A DNA stretch of 55,122 nt from the NCBI GenBank assembly GCA_025056555.1, contig JANWVZ010000002.1:1-55122 (forward strand), in the 5' to 3' direction. Numbering within the stretch: position 1 is the stretch's first letter; the number at the start of each line of letters is the position of its first letter. This stretch comes from Gemmatales bacterium (GTDB lineage: Bacteria; Planctomycetota; Planctomycetia; Gemmatales; HRBIN36). Positions 29,670 through 38,847 of the stretch are shown in pieces. Under the pieces are notes generated by a model that was given only the letters and a program-made list of their open reading frames with translations, did not search any database and was not told the DNA's origin. Made by a program: the position numbers and the translations under genes.

Positions 29670-29789
29670 CGCTGCTCAGATTCTAAGTTGTTTTCGGCGG
29701 CTTTGTGGGAGACCTTGTTTTCGACTTAGCACGACGCGCTGCCACAATGATGGCGGGGGCTACAAGCTCCGCCGGGCTTCTGAGAGACC

Positions 29790-31841
29790 TCATTTCCGGC
29801 TTGGTGTGCCACGGGCAAAGATGCTGGCGACAAATTGCAGCACGTCGGTAGCACACACTTCACAGTAGCCGTAATTGCGTATCAGTCGGCTCTTCACCAC
29901 GTCTATCTTTTCCTGCGTGGCCTTATCTACGACATTTGACACTAAGCTAGTCAGCTTGATCGTGTCCTTCTGGTCCTCAAACAGCTTGAGTTCGAGAGCC
30001 TTCTGAAGACGCTCGTTAGTCTTATAATCGAATTTCTTGCCATCAATGGCTAAGGCGCCGATATAGTTCATGATTTCGCGGCGGAAATCATCCTTGCGGC
30101 TTTCGGGAATATCAATCTTTTCCTCGATAGAGCGCATCAGGCGTTCGTCGGGTTCCTCAAAGGCTCCGGTGTAACGGTTGCGCACCTTTTCACGCTGAGT
30201 ATAAGCCTTGACGTGATCTATATAGTTTGCGCACAGCCGACTTAGAGCTTCTTCATCGGCAGCAATGGCCCGCTGGACTTCGTTCTTGACAATGTCTTCA
30301 TATTCTTCGCGAACGACCTGCAATAATTCCTTATAGTGGCGGTACTGGTCCTCGCTGGTAATGAGCGAATGATGACGTAAGCCCGCTTCGAGTTCGTGGA
30401 GCACCATGAAGGGGTTGACGCAGGTTTCCTCGGGGTGAGCGACTAGCGCGTTGGAGATTTTGTCCTGGATGTAGCGGGGACTGATACCGCTCATGCCCTC
30501 ATGCGGGGCCTCGCGTTTCAACTCGATTATGTTATCTTCGGTGAAGCCGGGGAGTGTTTTGCCGTTATAGAGCTTGAGCTTCTGCAACAAAGTAAGATTG
30601 GCATGCTTGGGAGGGACTAACCGCGTAAGCACGGCCCACATGGCGGCGACTTCAATAGTATGCGGGGCAATGTGTTTACCTTTAACCCGTTCGGGGTTGA
30701 AGTCTTTTTCATAAATCTTGATTTCGTCGCGCAGGCGGGTCACATAAGGAATGTCAATCTTGACGGTGCGATCGCGCAGGGCCTCCATGAATTCGTTGCT
30801 CTGCAACTTGCGATATTCCGGCTCGTTGGTGTGGCCTACGATAACCTCGTCAATGTCGCATTGGGCGAATTTCTTTGGCTTGATCTTGTGTTCCTGGGAC
30901 GCGCAGAGCAGGTCGTACAGGAAGGCCACGTCGAGCTTGAGGACTTCGATGAATTCGACCAGGCCGCGATTCGCGATGTTCAGTTCACCATCGAAGTTGA
31001 AGGCACGCGGATCACTGTCGCTGCCATATTCAGCAATTTTTCGATAGTTAATGTCACCTGTCAGTTCGGTGGAATCCTGGTTTTTCTCGTCTTTGGGCTG
31101 GAAGGTGCCGATCCCCACACGGTCCTGTTCGGACAGAATCAGGCGATAGACCTTGATCTCGTTTTCGATCATGGCAGGCCAATCGCCGTGGTAACGTTGC
31201 AGACGTTCGTTGAAGGTATAGCGGCAGAAGGGGCACAACTCCCCGCGGATGGTAACCTGGAAGTCTTCGTCGCGACGGTTTTCATTCAGTTTAGCCAGGA
31301 TTACCGGCCGCATCTCCTGGGGGATCAGGTGCAGCGGTTCTTCGTGCATGGGACATTTTTCCCAGCCGGCCTTATCACTTTTCCACATGAAGGAAAAGAG
31401 CATGCCTTCGTCGGTGCGGCTGTATTCTTCCAGCCCGCGTTTGAGCAAGCGCACGATGGTGCTCTTGGCGGAGCCGACCGGGCCGTGCAGAAGCAGCACG
31501 CGGCGTTCGGTGCCGAAGCCTTTGGCGGCAGCCTTGAAGGTGTTGACCAGTTGCATGAGCGGTCTATCCAGACCGTACACCGCGTCGCCATATTTTGACG
31601 CCCATTCTGTGAAGAATTTGTAACGGATAATCTTTTCCTTATGCTCGAAAATTTCCTCGGTGCCGTGCGAGATGATCATGTCATACAAGCGTTGAAACGC
31701 CGTGCGCGTTACTTCCGGATGTTGCCGCACGATATCGAGATATTCCGAGAAAGTACCCTCCCAATGAATTTTGCGGTAGTGTTGCAGGTTTTGGAGTTGA
31801 CGGACTTGTTCGAGAAGAGCGTGTCCAAAAGCCATGGGCAT
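29790..31841 (-). CDS. prkA: PrkA-family AAA+ serine protein kinase
   Basis: Contains [13 protein letters not shown], Walker [14 protein letters not shown] and a long conserved C-terminal PrkA domain. Two ATGs (31841 and 31835) follow an AAGGAGG. Confidence 0.95.
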   Translation of the reverse strand: MPMAFGHALLEQVRQLQNLQHYRKIHWEGTFSEYLDIVRQHPEVTRTAFQRLYDMIISHGTEEIFEHKEKIIRYKFFTEWASKYGDAVYGLDRPLMQLVNTFKAAAKGFGTERRVLLLHGPVGSAKSTIVRLLKRGLEEYSRTDEGMLFSFMWKSDKAGWEKCPMHEEPLHLIPQEMRPVILAKLNENRRDEDFQVTIRGELCPFCRYTFNERLQRYHGDWPAMIENEIKVYRLILSEQDRVGIGTFQPKDEKNQDSTELTGDINYRKIAEYGSDSDPRAFNFDGELNIANRGLVEFIEVLKLDVAFLYDLLCASQEHKIKPKKFAQCDIDEVIVGHTNEPEYRKLQSNEFMEALRDRTVKIDIPYVTRLRDEIKIYEKDFNPERVKGKHIAPHTIEVAAMWAVLTRLVPPKHANLTLLQKLKLYNGKTLPGFTEDNIIELKREAPHEGMSGISPRYIQDKISNALVAHPEETCVNPFMVLHELEAGLRHHSLITSEDQYRHYKELLQVVREEYEDIVKNEVQRAIAADEEALSRLCANYIDHVKAYTQREKVRNRYTGAFEEPDERLMRSIEEKIDIPESRKDDFRREIMNYIGALAIDGKKFDYKTNERLQKALELKLFEDQKDTIKLTSLVSNVVDKATQEKIDVVKSRLIRNYGYCEVCATDVLQFVASIFARGTPSRK

Positions 31842-32271
31842 AAGCCTCCTTATCGCCTAACGGTGGCGAGTGCGCGCAGCGACCAGCAAAAGCAGCGCGC
31901 ACGTGCGACCGTCGGCAGAGATGAATCAAGGAATTCCTTTGTCAAACCGCGGGTGCATGCAACGAAAAGCAGGCGGACCTGTCTCCGCACCGGGGCGGGG
32001 AAGCAATTCGCAAGGGGCCGAAGACAGGTTCGCAATAAAGGGAATGCTACCCAGCTGGTCAGACCAGCTTAGAGTCAATTCAGGTGTCAAAGGGGCTGGT
32101 GATCACACTCTGAAGCCAAGGGTTGGCACTGCCGTGCCTCGACCTCTTGGAGACACGGTCTTCCTAACCACGCCGCCCGATACAGACGAAGCGCCAAGGA
32201 GCGCCGCTGCGGCACACCCAGCAGCTTGCTTGGGTTTGTTTGACGCACCATGAAGCCGGCAGCATGTTAAC

Positions 32272-32308
32272 GCCACCTGGTGGCACCACAATTGTGGCGG
32301 CAGGTGGC
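32272..32308. promoter_or_regulatory. Nested palindromes in the prkA / TPR-gene divergent spacer
   Basis: GCCACCTG (32272-32279) pairs with CAGGTGGC (32301-32308) around the 12-bp palindrome CCACAATTGTGG (32286-32297). GCCACCTGGTGGC (32272-32284) is itself palindromic. Confidence 0.2.
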
Positions 32309-32567
32309 ATTGCGATTGCCTCTATAGAACAATACGCGCGCAGGTAGGGGGATTGTCAAGTCCAAGTGAACGGATTTTTGGTTCCCATTGAGAACAACAG
32401 ATGCCTTGCCGGAGAAGACGACACCGTTTATCATTTTCCGACCGACGGTGATTTTTCGGAGAAAAGTGGGTAAGATGTGTAGCACAGATAAGGCTCCTGG
32501 ACGCTGAGCAGGTCGGGGACGTGTAGGCGCTACAATTCCTTCTTCGGGAATCACTAAGGGGCACGCT

Positions 32568-33923
32568 ATGATGGATGTGCTGCGGCGGGATGTCAAGTCG
32601 CTGTTTTTGGAACGTGAAGAGTGCGACGCAGGAACGGTGCAACAATTGCGGCAGGCTCTGACCCAGAGTACGGAACAGTATCGCCTGCTGCGCGACACAG
32701 TTGCTGCCATGCAGCAAAAGCTGGCTCAAGCCAGCGGCGCAGCGGCCAAACGCTGGCACCTGAAGATTGGCATCGCCTCCTACTTTCTGGGGCGCACCCG
32801 TGATGCGGCGGAACATTTGCGGCAGGCCGAGGGAGCATTGGCCAGTTTTTACCTGGCCAAAGCGCTAATCAGTTTAGAGCAGTGGGACGAAACCTTGAAG
32901 GCGCTGGATCGCGCTGAAAAAGCGGGATACACCGCCACTCAGGTGCAATTGCTAAGAGCGGAAGTTTACCGCAGGCAAGGGCGGCTTGAACAGGCCCGCG
33001 AAATACTTGGGAAACTTCGCGATCTGAGCACCCACAGCGGCGAATACCACTACCAACAGGGAAAGCTCTATCTGGAAGAGGGCGACCGCGAAAAAGCGGC
33101 GGAACATTTTGAGCGGGCCGTCGAACTCGATCCGCATCACGCGGCTGCCTGGTTCGAGTTAGGCTTCCTCAACGACTTGGCCGGCAATGACGATGAGGCG
33201 ATTCACTGCCTGGAGCGCTGTATTGCCCAGCCGCCGGTTCACGTCGGAGCGTTATATAACCTCGGCGTGCTTTACGAGGATAACAATCAATATCAACGGG
33301 CTATTGAATGTTATGAACGGTTAGTCCGCGCCTTTCCTACCGACGAGCGGCCTCGATTGTTCCTGAAGGATGCCTTGGCCTCTCGAGAACAGAGTATGGT
33401 GGGCCAAGAACCCCGACCCATCCCCGACAAGTTGCAGCAAGTGCTGGATACGCCGGTCACCGAGTTTGAGTTATCCGTGCGGGTGCGAAACTGTTTGGAA
33501 AGGATGAACATCAAGACCCTGGGCGATTTGACTCGTGTAACCGAAGAGCAGTTACTTGCCAGCAAGAATTTTGGCGAAACGTCGCTGAAGGAATTGCGTG
33601 CTGTCATGGAATCGAAGGGGCTGCGCATTGGTCAGGCCCTGGAGGAAGGGGCACGCTACGACCCGCGCTTCCGGGAAGCTCCACCACCACCGCAATTGGC
33701 TTTTTCAGAGCAAGAACAGGCCTTGTTGAAAAAGCCTGTCAGCGAACTCAATTTCAGCGTGCGTCCCCGCAAGGCCATGGCCAAGCTGGGTATCCAGACC
33801 GTCGGCGACCTCATAAATTACACTGCGGACCAGTTACTCGAAGTCAAGAATTTTGGGGTCACTTCGCTGAACGAAGTGCGGGCTAAGCTGGCCGAACTTG
33901 GCCTGAAACTGCGCGGCGACTGA
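32568..33923 (+). CDS. TPR-repeat protein with two C-terminal RNA polymerase alpha-CTD-like domains
   Basis: The N-terminal ~270 aa are TPR-like (AAWFELGFLNDLAGNDDEAIHCLERCI, ALYNLGVLYEDNNQYQRAIECYERLV). Two copies of the alpha-CTD signature follow: EFELSVRVRNCLERMNIKTLGDLTRVTEEQLLASKNFGETSLKELRAVMESKGLRIG and ELNFSVRPRKAMAKLGIQTVGDLINYTADQLLEVKNFGVTSLNEVRAKLAELGLKL. Confidence 0.8.
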   Translation: MMDVLRRDVKSLFLEREECDAGTVQQLRQALTQSTEQYRLLRDTVAAMQQKLAQASGAAAKRWHLKIGIASYFLGRTRDAAEHLRQAEGALASFYLAKALISLEQWDETLKALDRAEKAGYTATQVQLLRAEVYRRQGRLEQAREILGKLRDLSTHSGEYHYQQGKLYLEEGDREKAAEHFERAVELDPHHAAAWFELGFLNDLAGNDDEAIHCLERCIAQPPVHVGALYNLGVLYEDNNQYQRAIECYERLVRAFPTDERPRLFLKDALASREQSMVGQEPRPIPDKLQQVLDTPVTEFELSVRVRNCLERMNIKTLGDLTRVTEEQLLASKNFGETSLKELRAVMESKGLRIGQALEEGARYDPRFREAPPPPQLAFSEQEQALLKKPVSELNFSVRPRKAMAKLGIQTVGDLINYTADQLLEVKNFGVTSLNEVRAKLAELGLKLRGD

Positions 33924-34065
33924 GCACTCCTCGCCAGCACTTCGCTTTGCTGGTCCTCGCGATCCGCCGTAGAAAGTGCGCCTCGACAAGTTACATAGCT
34001 GAGATGGTGCGTTCCGCGTTTCCGCTCACCTGCGACCCGTGGGGCGTGATAAAGGCGAGCATTCG

Positions 34066-35676
34066 TCATTCGCGTCGGCGGATGAGCGGCCGCTCGAAAC
34101 TTTCTGGCTCGGACAGAAGCAGGCTAGTTACCTGCCGAACGACCTCGGTGGAGCGAACTGGGATGATGCGAGGCAGGTTCACTATGCCCGTAACGTGTTT
34201 GGCCAGTCCCCCGTCCGCTGCGGTGGCAATCAAAGGCGCACGTCCACGGCCACCGCCGGAACCTCCGCCCGGCGCGCGCAAGGGGCTGGGGGGCGTGTAC
34301 GGATCGGCAGCATTGAGGTTGACGACGTATCCCAGATCAGCCATCGAGCCGACCGTGATGCGACTCAGGGGCATGCGAACTCCTGCAGGTTCCGCCCAGC
34401 CGGTCATCAATTCCGTTACGAAGACACTTTCTCGCCAATGGCTATCGCGCGTCCCAGGACCACCACCTGCTTCCACGGGCACACTGGTCTGATTCGTGTT
34501 GAAAATGACCCGATACTGCTGCACCGCCTGTTGACCGATGAAGCGCGGATTGGAGGTGCCAGCACCACTGAGAAGACCCTTAAGGTCCCATATCGTACCG
34601 AAGCCGAGCACGTGCCCCATTTCATGCAAAATCACATCCCGCAGCTGACCGCTTTGCTCCAATTGGGTAAGGTCCGCAGTGTCGAACTCCATTATTCCGA
34701 CAATCGGCAGGAAAGAGGGCAAACGTAGGGCGGTCGGCCCGGCTTGTCCTAAGATACCGTCTGGGCCGTCAATCGGTAACGCGGAAACGTCAATGACAAC
34801 GTCATCCACCGGTTGACCTTGATACACGACATCCGGTATGTCTCCGATGATAATCTGCTCCCAGCGTTGTTCGGCTTGTTGGAAGACTTGTTGTTGTGCA
34901 GAACTGAACCCTGGACCAAAGCGGAGGACAATGTCGAATTGACTGGCGGGCGTACCCCCACCGCCACCGCCTCCTCCGCCACCCCCTCCTCCACCTCCGC
35001 TCCCTCCTCCGCCTCCACCACCTCCACCCCCACCGCCTCCACCCCCACCTCCTCCGCCAGGGGGTGGTGCCACGCGAATCACCAACGAGTAAGGCCCCGT
35101 GCTTCCCCCCACGTCATTCGTACCGCGAACTGGATCGTAATTCATATTCGGGAAACCCGAAACTCCTACGTAATACGTGCCCTGCGATGTGAACTGGAAT
35201 TGCAAATAGGAACTGAATCCGGGGGTCTGATTCGGAACTGGGCCATCGTCATTGAAAGCTAGTTCGTTGCCGCGATTATCAAACAGACGCAAGAAAGGAT
35301 CAGCGAAGTCGCGGGCCTGAACCGTGATTTCCAATGTGGTGCCTGCGGCCACACTGAAACGGTACATATCCACGTCAGTCGGAAATCCTAACGCAGCGCT
35401 GCGGCGAGCCGTGCGGTTACCGGTAATACTGCCCACGTTGATGGCCTCCAACAGCGTGTCGTCCAGGTCGCCCAAGGGAGTACCCGGTTGCGCAGGTACA
35501 CAGCGTGCTTCTAACTCTTCCAGGTTGAGCCTAGTCGAACGATTACCGCTACTACCGGGTCTCCGCCCATATTTGGCGCTACGAACTATAGAAACGTGGG
35601 AACCGCTACATGCCGCAGGTTTATCCCAGCGTGCATCCCGTAGCCACTCGACCAGCCGCGACCACAAGCTCTTCAT
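34066..35676 (-). CDS. Exported leishmanolysin-like (M8) zinc peptidase with PPC domain and poly-Gly linker
   Basis: Start at MKSLWSRL (GGGGAG upstream), then the N-terminal motif LNLEELEARCVPA. A PPC-type domain follows (DVDMYRFSVAAGTTLEITV...LAFNDDG...GTYYVGVSG). A 35-residue Gly run leads into VILHEMGHVLGFG (HExxH). Confidence 0.8.
   Translation of the reverse strand: MKSLWSRLVEWLRDARWDKPAACSGSHVSIVRSAKYGRRPGSSGNRSTRLNLEELEARCVPAQPGTPLGDLDDTLLEAINVGSITGNRTARRSAALGFPTDVDMYRFSVAAGTTLEITVQARDFADPFLRLFDNRGNELAFNDDGPVPNQTPGFSSYLQFQFTSQGTYYVGVSGFPNMNYDPVRGTNDVGGSTGPYSLVIRVAPPPGGGGGGGGGGGGGGGGGGGSGGGGGGGGGGGGGGGTPASQFDIVLRFGPGFSSAQQQVFQQAEQRWEQIIIGDIPDVVYQGQPVDDVVIDVSALPIDGPDGILGQAGPTALRLPSFLPIVGIMEFDTADLTQLEQSGQLRDVILHEMGHVLGFGTIWDLKGLLSGAGTSNPRFIGQQAVQQYRVIFNTNQTSVPVEAGGGPGTRDSHWRESVFVTELMTGWAEPAGVRMPLSRITVGSMADLGYVVNLNAADPYTPPSPLRAPGGGSGGGRGRAPLIATAADGGLAKHVTGIVNLPRIIPVRSTEVVRQVTSLLLSEPESFERPLIRRRE
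34954..35058 (-). repeat. 105-nt (GGN)35 low-complexity tract encoding G19-S-G15
   Basis: Read directly from the sequence. The plus strand is an almost pure C/T/A-poor CCN run and the coding strand is GGN x35 with one AGC. Confidence 0.9.
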
Positions 35677-35738
35677 CGCAGGGCTCCCCTGGCAACAAAG
35701 TGAAATTGCCGACCACTGTTCATGCTGCATTTAGTTTA

Positions 35739-35966
35739 CTACGCCCTAACCGGACAAGCAACACAAGGGACACGCTCAGGGTCTATGACTCTGGTCGTGG
35801 TTGCCAAACCGAGCGACGCCATGATCGTAACCATCATGGCTATGCAAATAAGCACCTCAATGGTGTAGCGAACGCGTTTCTGGCACCTCCAACATCGGAC
35901 CTTACGGACAGAATAACCGCGGCGCGACGGCATCGCGATTACCCCACGGGCGCTGCGCACTGCCAT
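35739..35966 (-). CDS. Possible small single-TM protein with degenerate prepilin-like leader
   Basis: The region MAVRSARGVIAMPSRRGYSVRKVRCWRCQKRVRYTIEVLICIAMMVTIMASLG loosely resembles G-F-T-L-I-E leaders but lacks the Gly and has Glu at +4. It ends 63 nt upstream of the M8 peptidase start. This is a weak call. Confidence 0.2.
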   Translation of the reverse strand: MAVRSARGVIAMPSRRGYSVRKVRCWRCQKRVRYTIEVLICIAMMVTIMASLGLATTTRVIDPERVPCVACPVRA

Positions 35967-36364
35967 GTTTGCCGACAGATGGAAGATATTTGCTTGCTGG
36001 GCGAATAGGCATGACTTTCGTCGAGGCCGAGGCGTCGTATAGAGGTGCGAAACTTTCCATTCGTGTGTCAGGTTGTAGAATGGGATTGTATGGGACGTCA
36101 CGCCACGGCTGTGGCGGCTACCATAAAACGGCCGCTTTGGCACTGTCTCGTGGCTCAAGAGGTATTGGGGGGTATTTAGGACTCGCGTCCGTATCGTCGG
36201 CGAGTACTGATGGCAGGCTCGCTGACCTTGGAGACTCGCTTGGGAGTGAAGTGCCAGTTTCTTCTCGCCTCATTCTCGTAAGTGATACGGAAACAGGCTG
36301 GCACCACTAATCGGCCCAATCAAGGCTGCGAAGCCGCCGCAGGTTAAATTGGACACCTTGAGCC

Positions 36365-37891
36365 ATGCTTTGCGTCAGTATTGGTCGTACCCGCCACAAA
36401 ATGATGATCGCGGAGATTCAGGAAGCGGCGCGTCGCGGGGCCCGGTTCATGGAACTGCGCCTGGATTTCCTGGCCAAGGCCCCGGATTTTCAACGCCTGC
36501 TTGGGCATAAACCGTGTCCACTGGTAGCCACGGTGCGCCGACAGGAAGATGGCGGGCGCTGGTCCCGCAGTGAGCAGGAACGCCTGACCTTGTTGCGCCT
36601 GTGTATTGCCTCCGGATATTTCGACTGGGTGGACCTGGAAACCGACATCGCAGATAAGATTCCCCGCTTTGGAAAAGTAAAACGCATCGTAAGTTATCAC
36701 AATCCTCGCGAGTTTCCGAAAGACCTGGAGGCCCTACTACAACGAATGGGTCAACAGGATGCTGATGTCCTCAAGATCGCCGTCCGTGCGGAGCATCCCG
36801 CTGATAATTTGCGAGTTCTCTCCCTAATCGCTAAATCGCCCAAGCCCTTGGTCGCTATTTGCCTGGGGGATTTCGGAATAGCCAGTCGCATCTTAGCAGG
36901 TAAATTCGGCGCGCCTTTTACCTACTGCGCTTTCAACAAGGAGCGCGGCATCGCCCCAGGCATCCTTTCGATGGAGGAGATGCAAAAGATTTACGCTTAT
37001 GACCGAATCGGGAAGCATACCCGAGTCTTTGCGGTGGTTGGCGATCCCATCGAGCACAGTTTGAGTCCTCTGGTACACAACGCTGCTTTCCAGGCCTTGG
37101 GATTGGATTGCGTTTACATTCCGCTCCGGGTTCCTAAGGGAGAACTGGCGCGCACGCTTCAGGCCTTCGAACAGATACCGATTGAAGGCTACAGCGTGAC
37201 CCTGCCTCATAAAGAAGCGGCTGCACAATTGGCTCAAGAAAAAGATGAATTGACGCAACTGACGGGTAGTACCAACACTCTGCTGCGACTGTCCGACGGC
37301 CGATTTCGCGCCGTCAACACAGATGCCCCTGCCGCACTTCAGGTGTTAGGAGAGAAGTTGGAATCACTTCCGGGCCGACCTCAATTGCAGAATCTGCACA
37401 CCCTGGTATTGGGAGCTGGGGGTGTGGCTCGGGCACTGGTTTTTGCTCTAATTCGCGCAGGTGCCCAGGTCACAGTGGCTAACCGCACATTGGCCCGCGC
37501 CGAAACGCTGGCTCGAGAAAGCGGCTGCCGATTTGTGGAGTGGAATGGCCGATACCAGACCCGTTTCGATGTGCTGATCAACTGTACTTCCGTGGGAATG
37601 TTTCCGCAAGTAGATGAAACACCCATGCACCATAGTGCCTTGCAGCCAGGCCAGATCGTTTTCGACACGGTTTATAATCCTGAAACCACGCTCCTGATCC
37701 GCGAAGCGCGCGAGCGCGGGTGCCAGGTCATTACCGGCGTGGAAATGTTTGTGCGCCAGGCAGCTCTGCAATTTCGCCTTTTTACCGGTAAGGAGCCGTC
37801 TCTGGAACTGATACGCAAGACCGTTCGCCGAGCACTTTCTCCAGTTCAACTTCGCGAAGAGGAAGAATTGCCCGATGAAGATTCCGAATAA
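36365..37891 (+). CDS. aroDE: Bifunctional 3-dehydroquinate dehydratase (type I) / shikimate 5-dehydrogenase
   Basis: The N-terminal half (MLCVSIGRTRHKMMIAEIQEAARRGARFMELRLDFL, RIVSYHN) is DHQase type I. The C-terminal half (VVGDPIEHSLSPLVHNAAF, NTDAPA, VLGAGGVARA) is AroE. Confidence 0.9.
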   Translation: MLCVSIGRTRHKMMIAEIQEAARRGARFMELRLDFLAKAPDFQRLLGHKPCPLVATVRRQEDGGRWSRSEQERLTLLRLCIASGYFDWVDLETDIADKIPRFGKVKRIVSYHNPREFPKDLEALLQRMGQQDADVLKIAVRAEHPADNLRVLSLIAKSPKPLVAICLGDFGIASRILAGKFGAPFTYCAFNKERGIAPGILSMEEMQKIYAYDRIGKHTRVFAVVGDPIEHSLSPLVHNAAFQALGLDCVYIPLRVPKGELARTLQAFEQIPIEGYSVTLPHKEAAAQLAQEKDELTQLTGSTNTLLRLSDGRFRAVNTDAPAALQVLGEKLESLPGRPQLQNLHTLVLGAGGVARALVFALIRAGAQVTVANRTLARAETLARESGCRFVEWNGRYQTRFDVLINCTSVGMFPQVDETPMHHSALQPGQIVFDTVYNPETTLLIREARERGCQVITGVEMFVRQAALQFRLFTGKEPSLELIRKTVRRALSPVQLREEEELPDEDSE

Positions 37892-38325
37892 TCGCACTCA
37901 GCGTGCCGAAGCGTATCTCTCTCGAAAGGATGACATGACTTGAGATGCCCGAGCGTGGTCCGCATTTTCAATCACGGCCCGAAAACACTGGGACGGATAG
38001 CGACTCATTGGTTCTTAGCGACCAACGGCTTTCGCGATCTTATACATACCCCAGAGTTCCATAACTTTCCAAGGAGAAGCAACTAGTAAGAACTGGTTAC
38101 CCCAACAAGAGTTGCTTCCACGAACACCAGTGGATAACTGTCGGGAAAAGGCTGAAAACCGACAGCATGTTGCCGCCGAGGAAACCAGCAGCTTACGGAA
38201 GGCAAGACGCAGACCGGTTCGGCCTCGTGGACCGCTTGCTGGCCGTTCCAACTTGTATTATAAGGCACGGCGCATGCGTATATGATGATGAAAAACTCCG
38301 TGCGGGAACGACTGCAGAGACAGAC

Positions 38326-38823
38326 ATGCGAGTCGGCTTAGGCTACGATAGTCATCGCTTGGAGCCAGGGCGTCCGCTGAGATTGGGAGGCTTGGAGATT
38401 GCCGCCATGGTAGGCGCCGTAGGCCACAGCGACGCCGACGTCGTGCTGCACGCCTTGGTAGATGCCCTCCTGGGAGCTGCAGGCTTGGGAGACATCGGCG
38501 ACTGGTTCCCGGACAGTGAGCCACGATGGCGGGGGGCGGATTCCACGATTTTCCTCCGCGAAACCCTGAACCGTGTGGCCGCAAAGGGCTTCCACGTGCG
38601 TCAAGCCGACATTATCATTGTCGCAGAATCCCCGAGGCTCGGACCCGACAAGGAACGCATCCGCCAGCGTCTGGCCGAATTGCTGGCTCTGCCGACCGAT
38701 TGCGTCAATGTCAAAGCCAAGACCAATGAAGGCCTCGATGCAATTGGCCGTGGTCAAGCCATCGCCTGCTACGCTCTGGTTGCGCTGGCCGAGCCGGGAG
38801 AGCATCACGCCACCCAGGTATAG
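38326..38823 (+). CDS. ispF: 2-C-methyl-D-erythritol 2,4-cyclodiphosphate synthase
   Basis: Contains MRVGLGYDSHRLEPGRPLRLGG, GHSDADVVLHALVDALLGAAGLGDIG and NVKAKTNEGLDAIGRGQAIA. The ORF opening at 38167 is an upstream extension. Confidence 0.95.
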   Translation: MRVGLGYDSHRLEPGRPLRLGGLEIAAMVGAVGHSDADVVLHALVDALLGAAGLGDIGDWFPDSEPRWRGADSTIFLRETLNRVAAKGFHVRQADIIIVAESPRLGPDKERIRQRLAELLALPTDCVNVKAKTNEGLDAIGRGQAIACYALVALAEPGEHHATQV

Positions 38824-38847
38824 TGTACTCGCGTATCCCATACGATC

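Noticed and set aside
28743-31598. 195-aa and 312-aa plus-strand ORFs (28743-29330 and 30660-31598) opposite yeaH and prkA
   Set aside because: Same codon-aligned antisense artefact (28743-28539 = 204 and 30660-29790 = 870, both multiples of 3). The composition is V/F/G/A-rich and the sense genes are unambiguous.
34749-35262. 99-aa and 149-aa ORFs overlapping the peptidase gene
   Set aside because: They are alternative-frame readings of the (GGN)35 tract (poly-Val/Glu/Ala and poly-Ser/Thr/Pro). They are artefacts of the low-complexity repeat.
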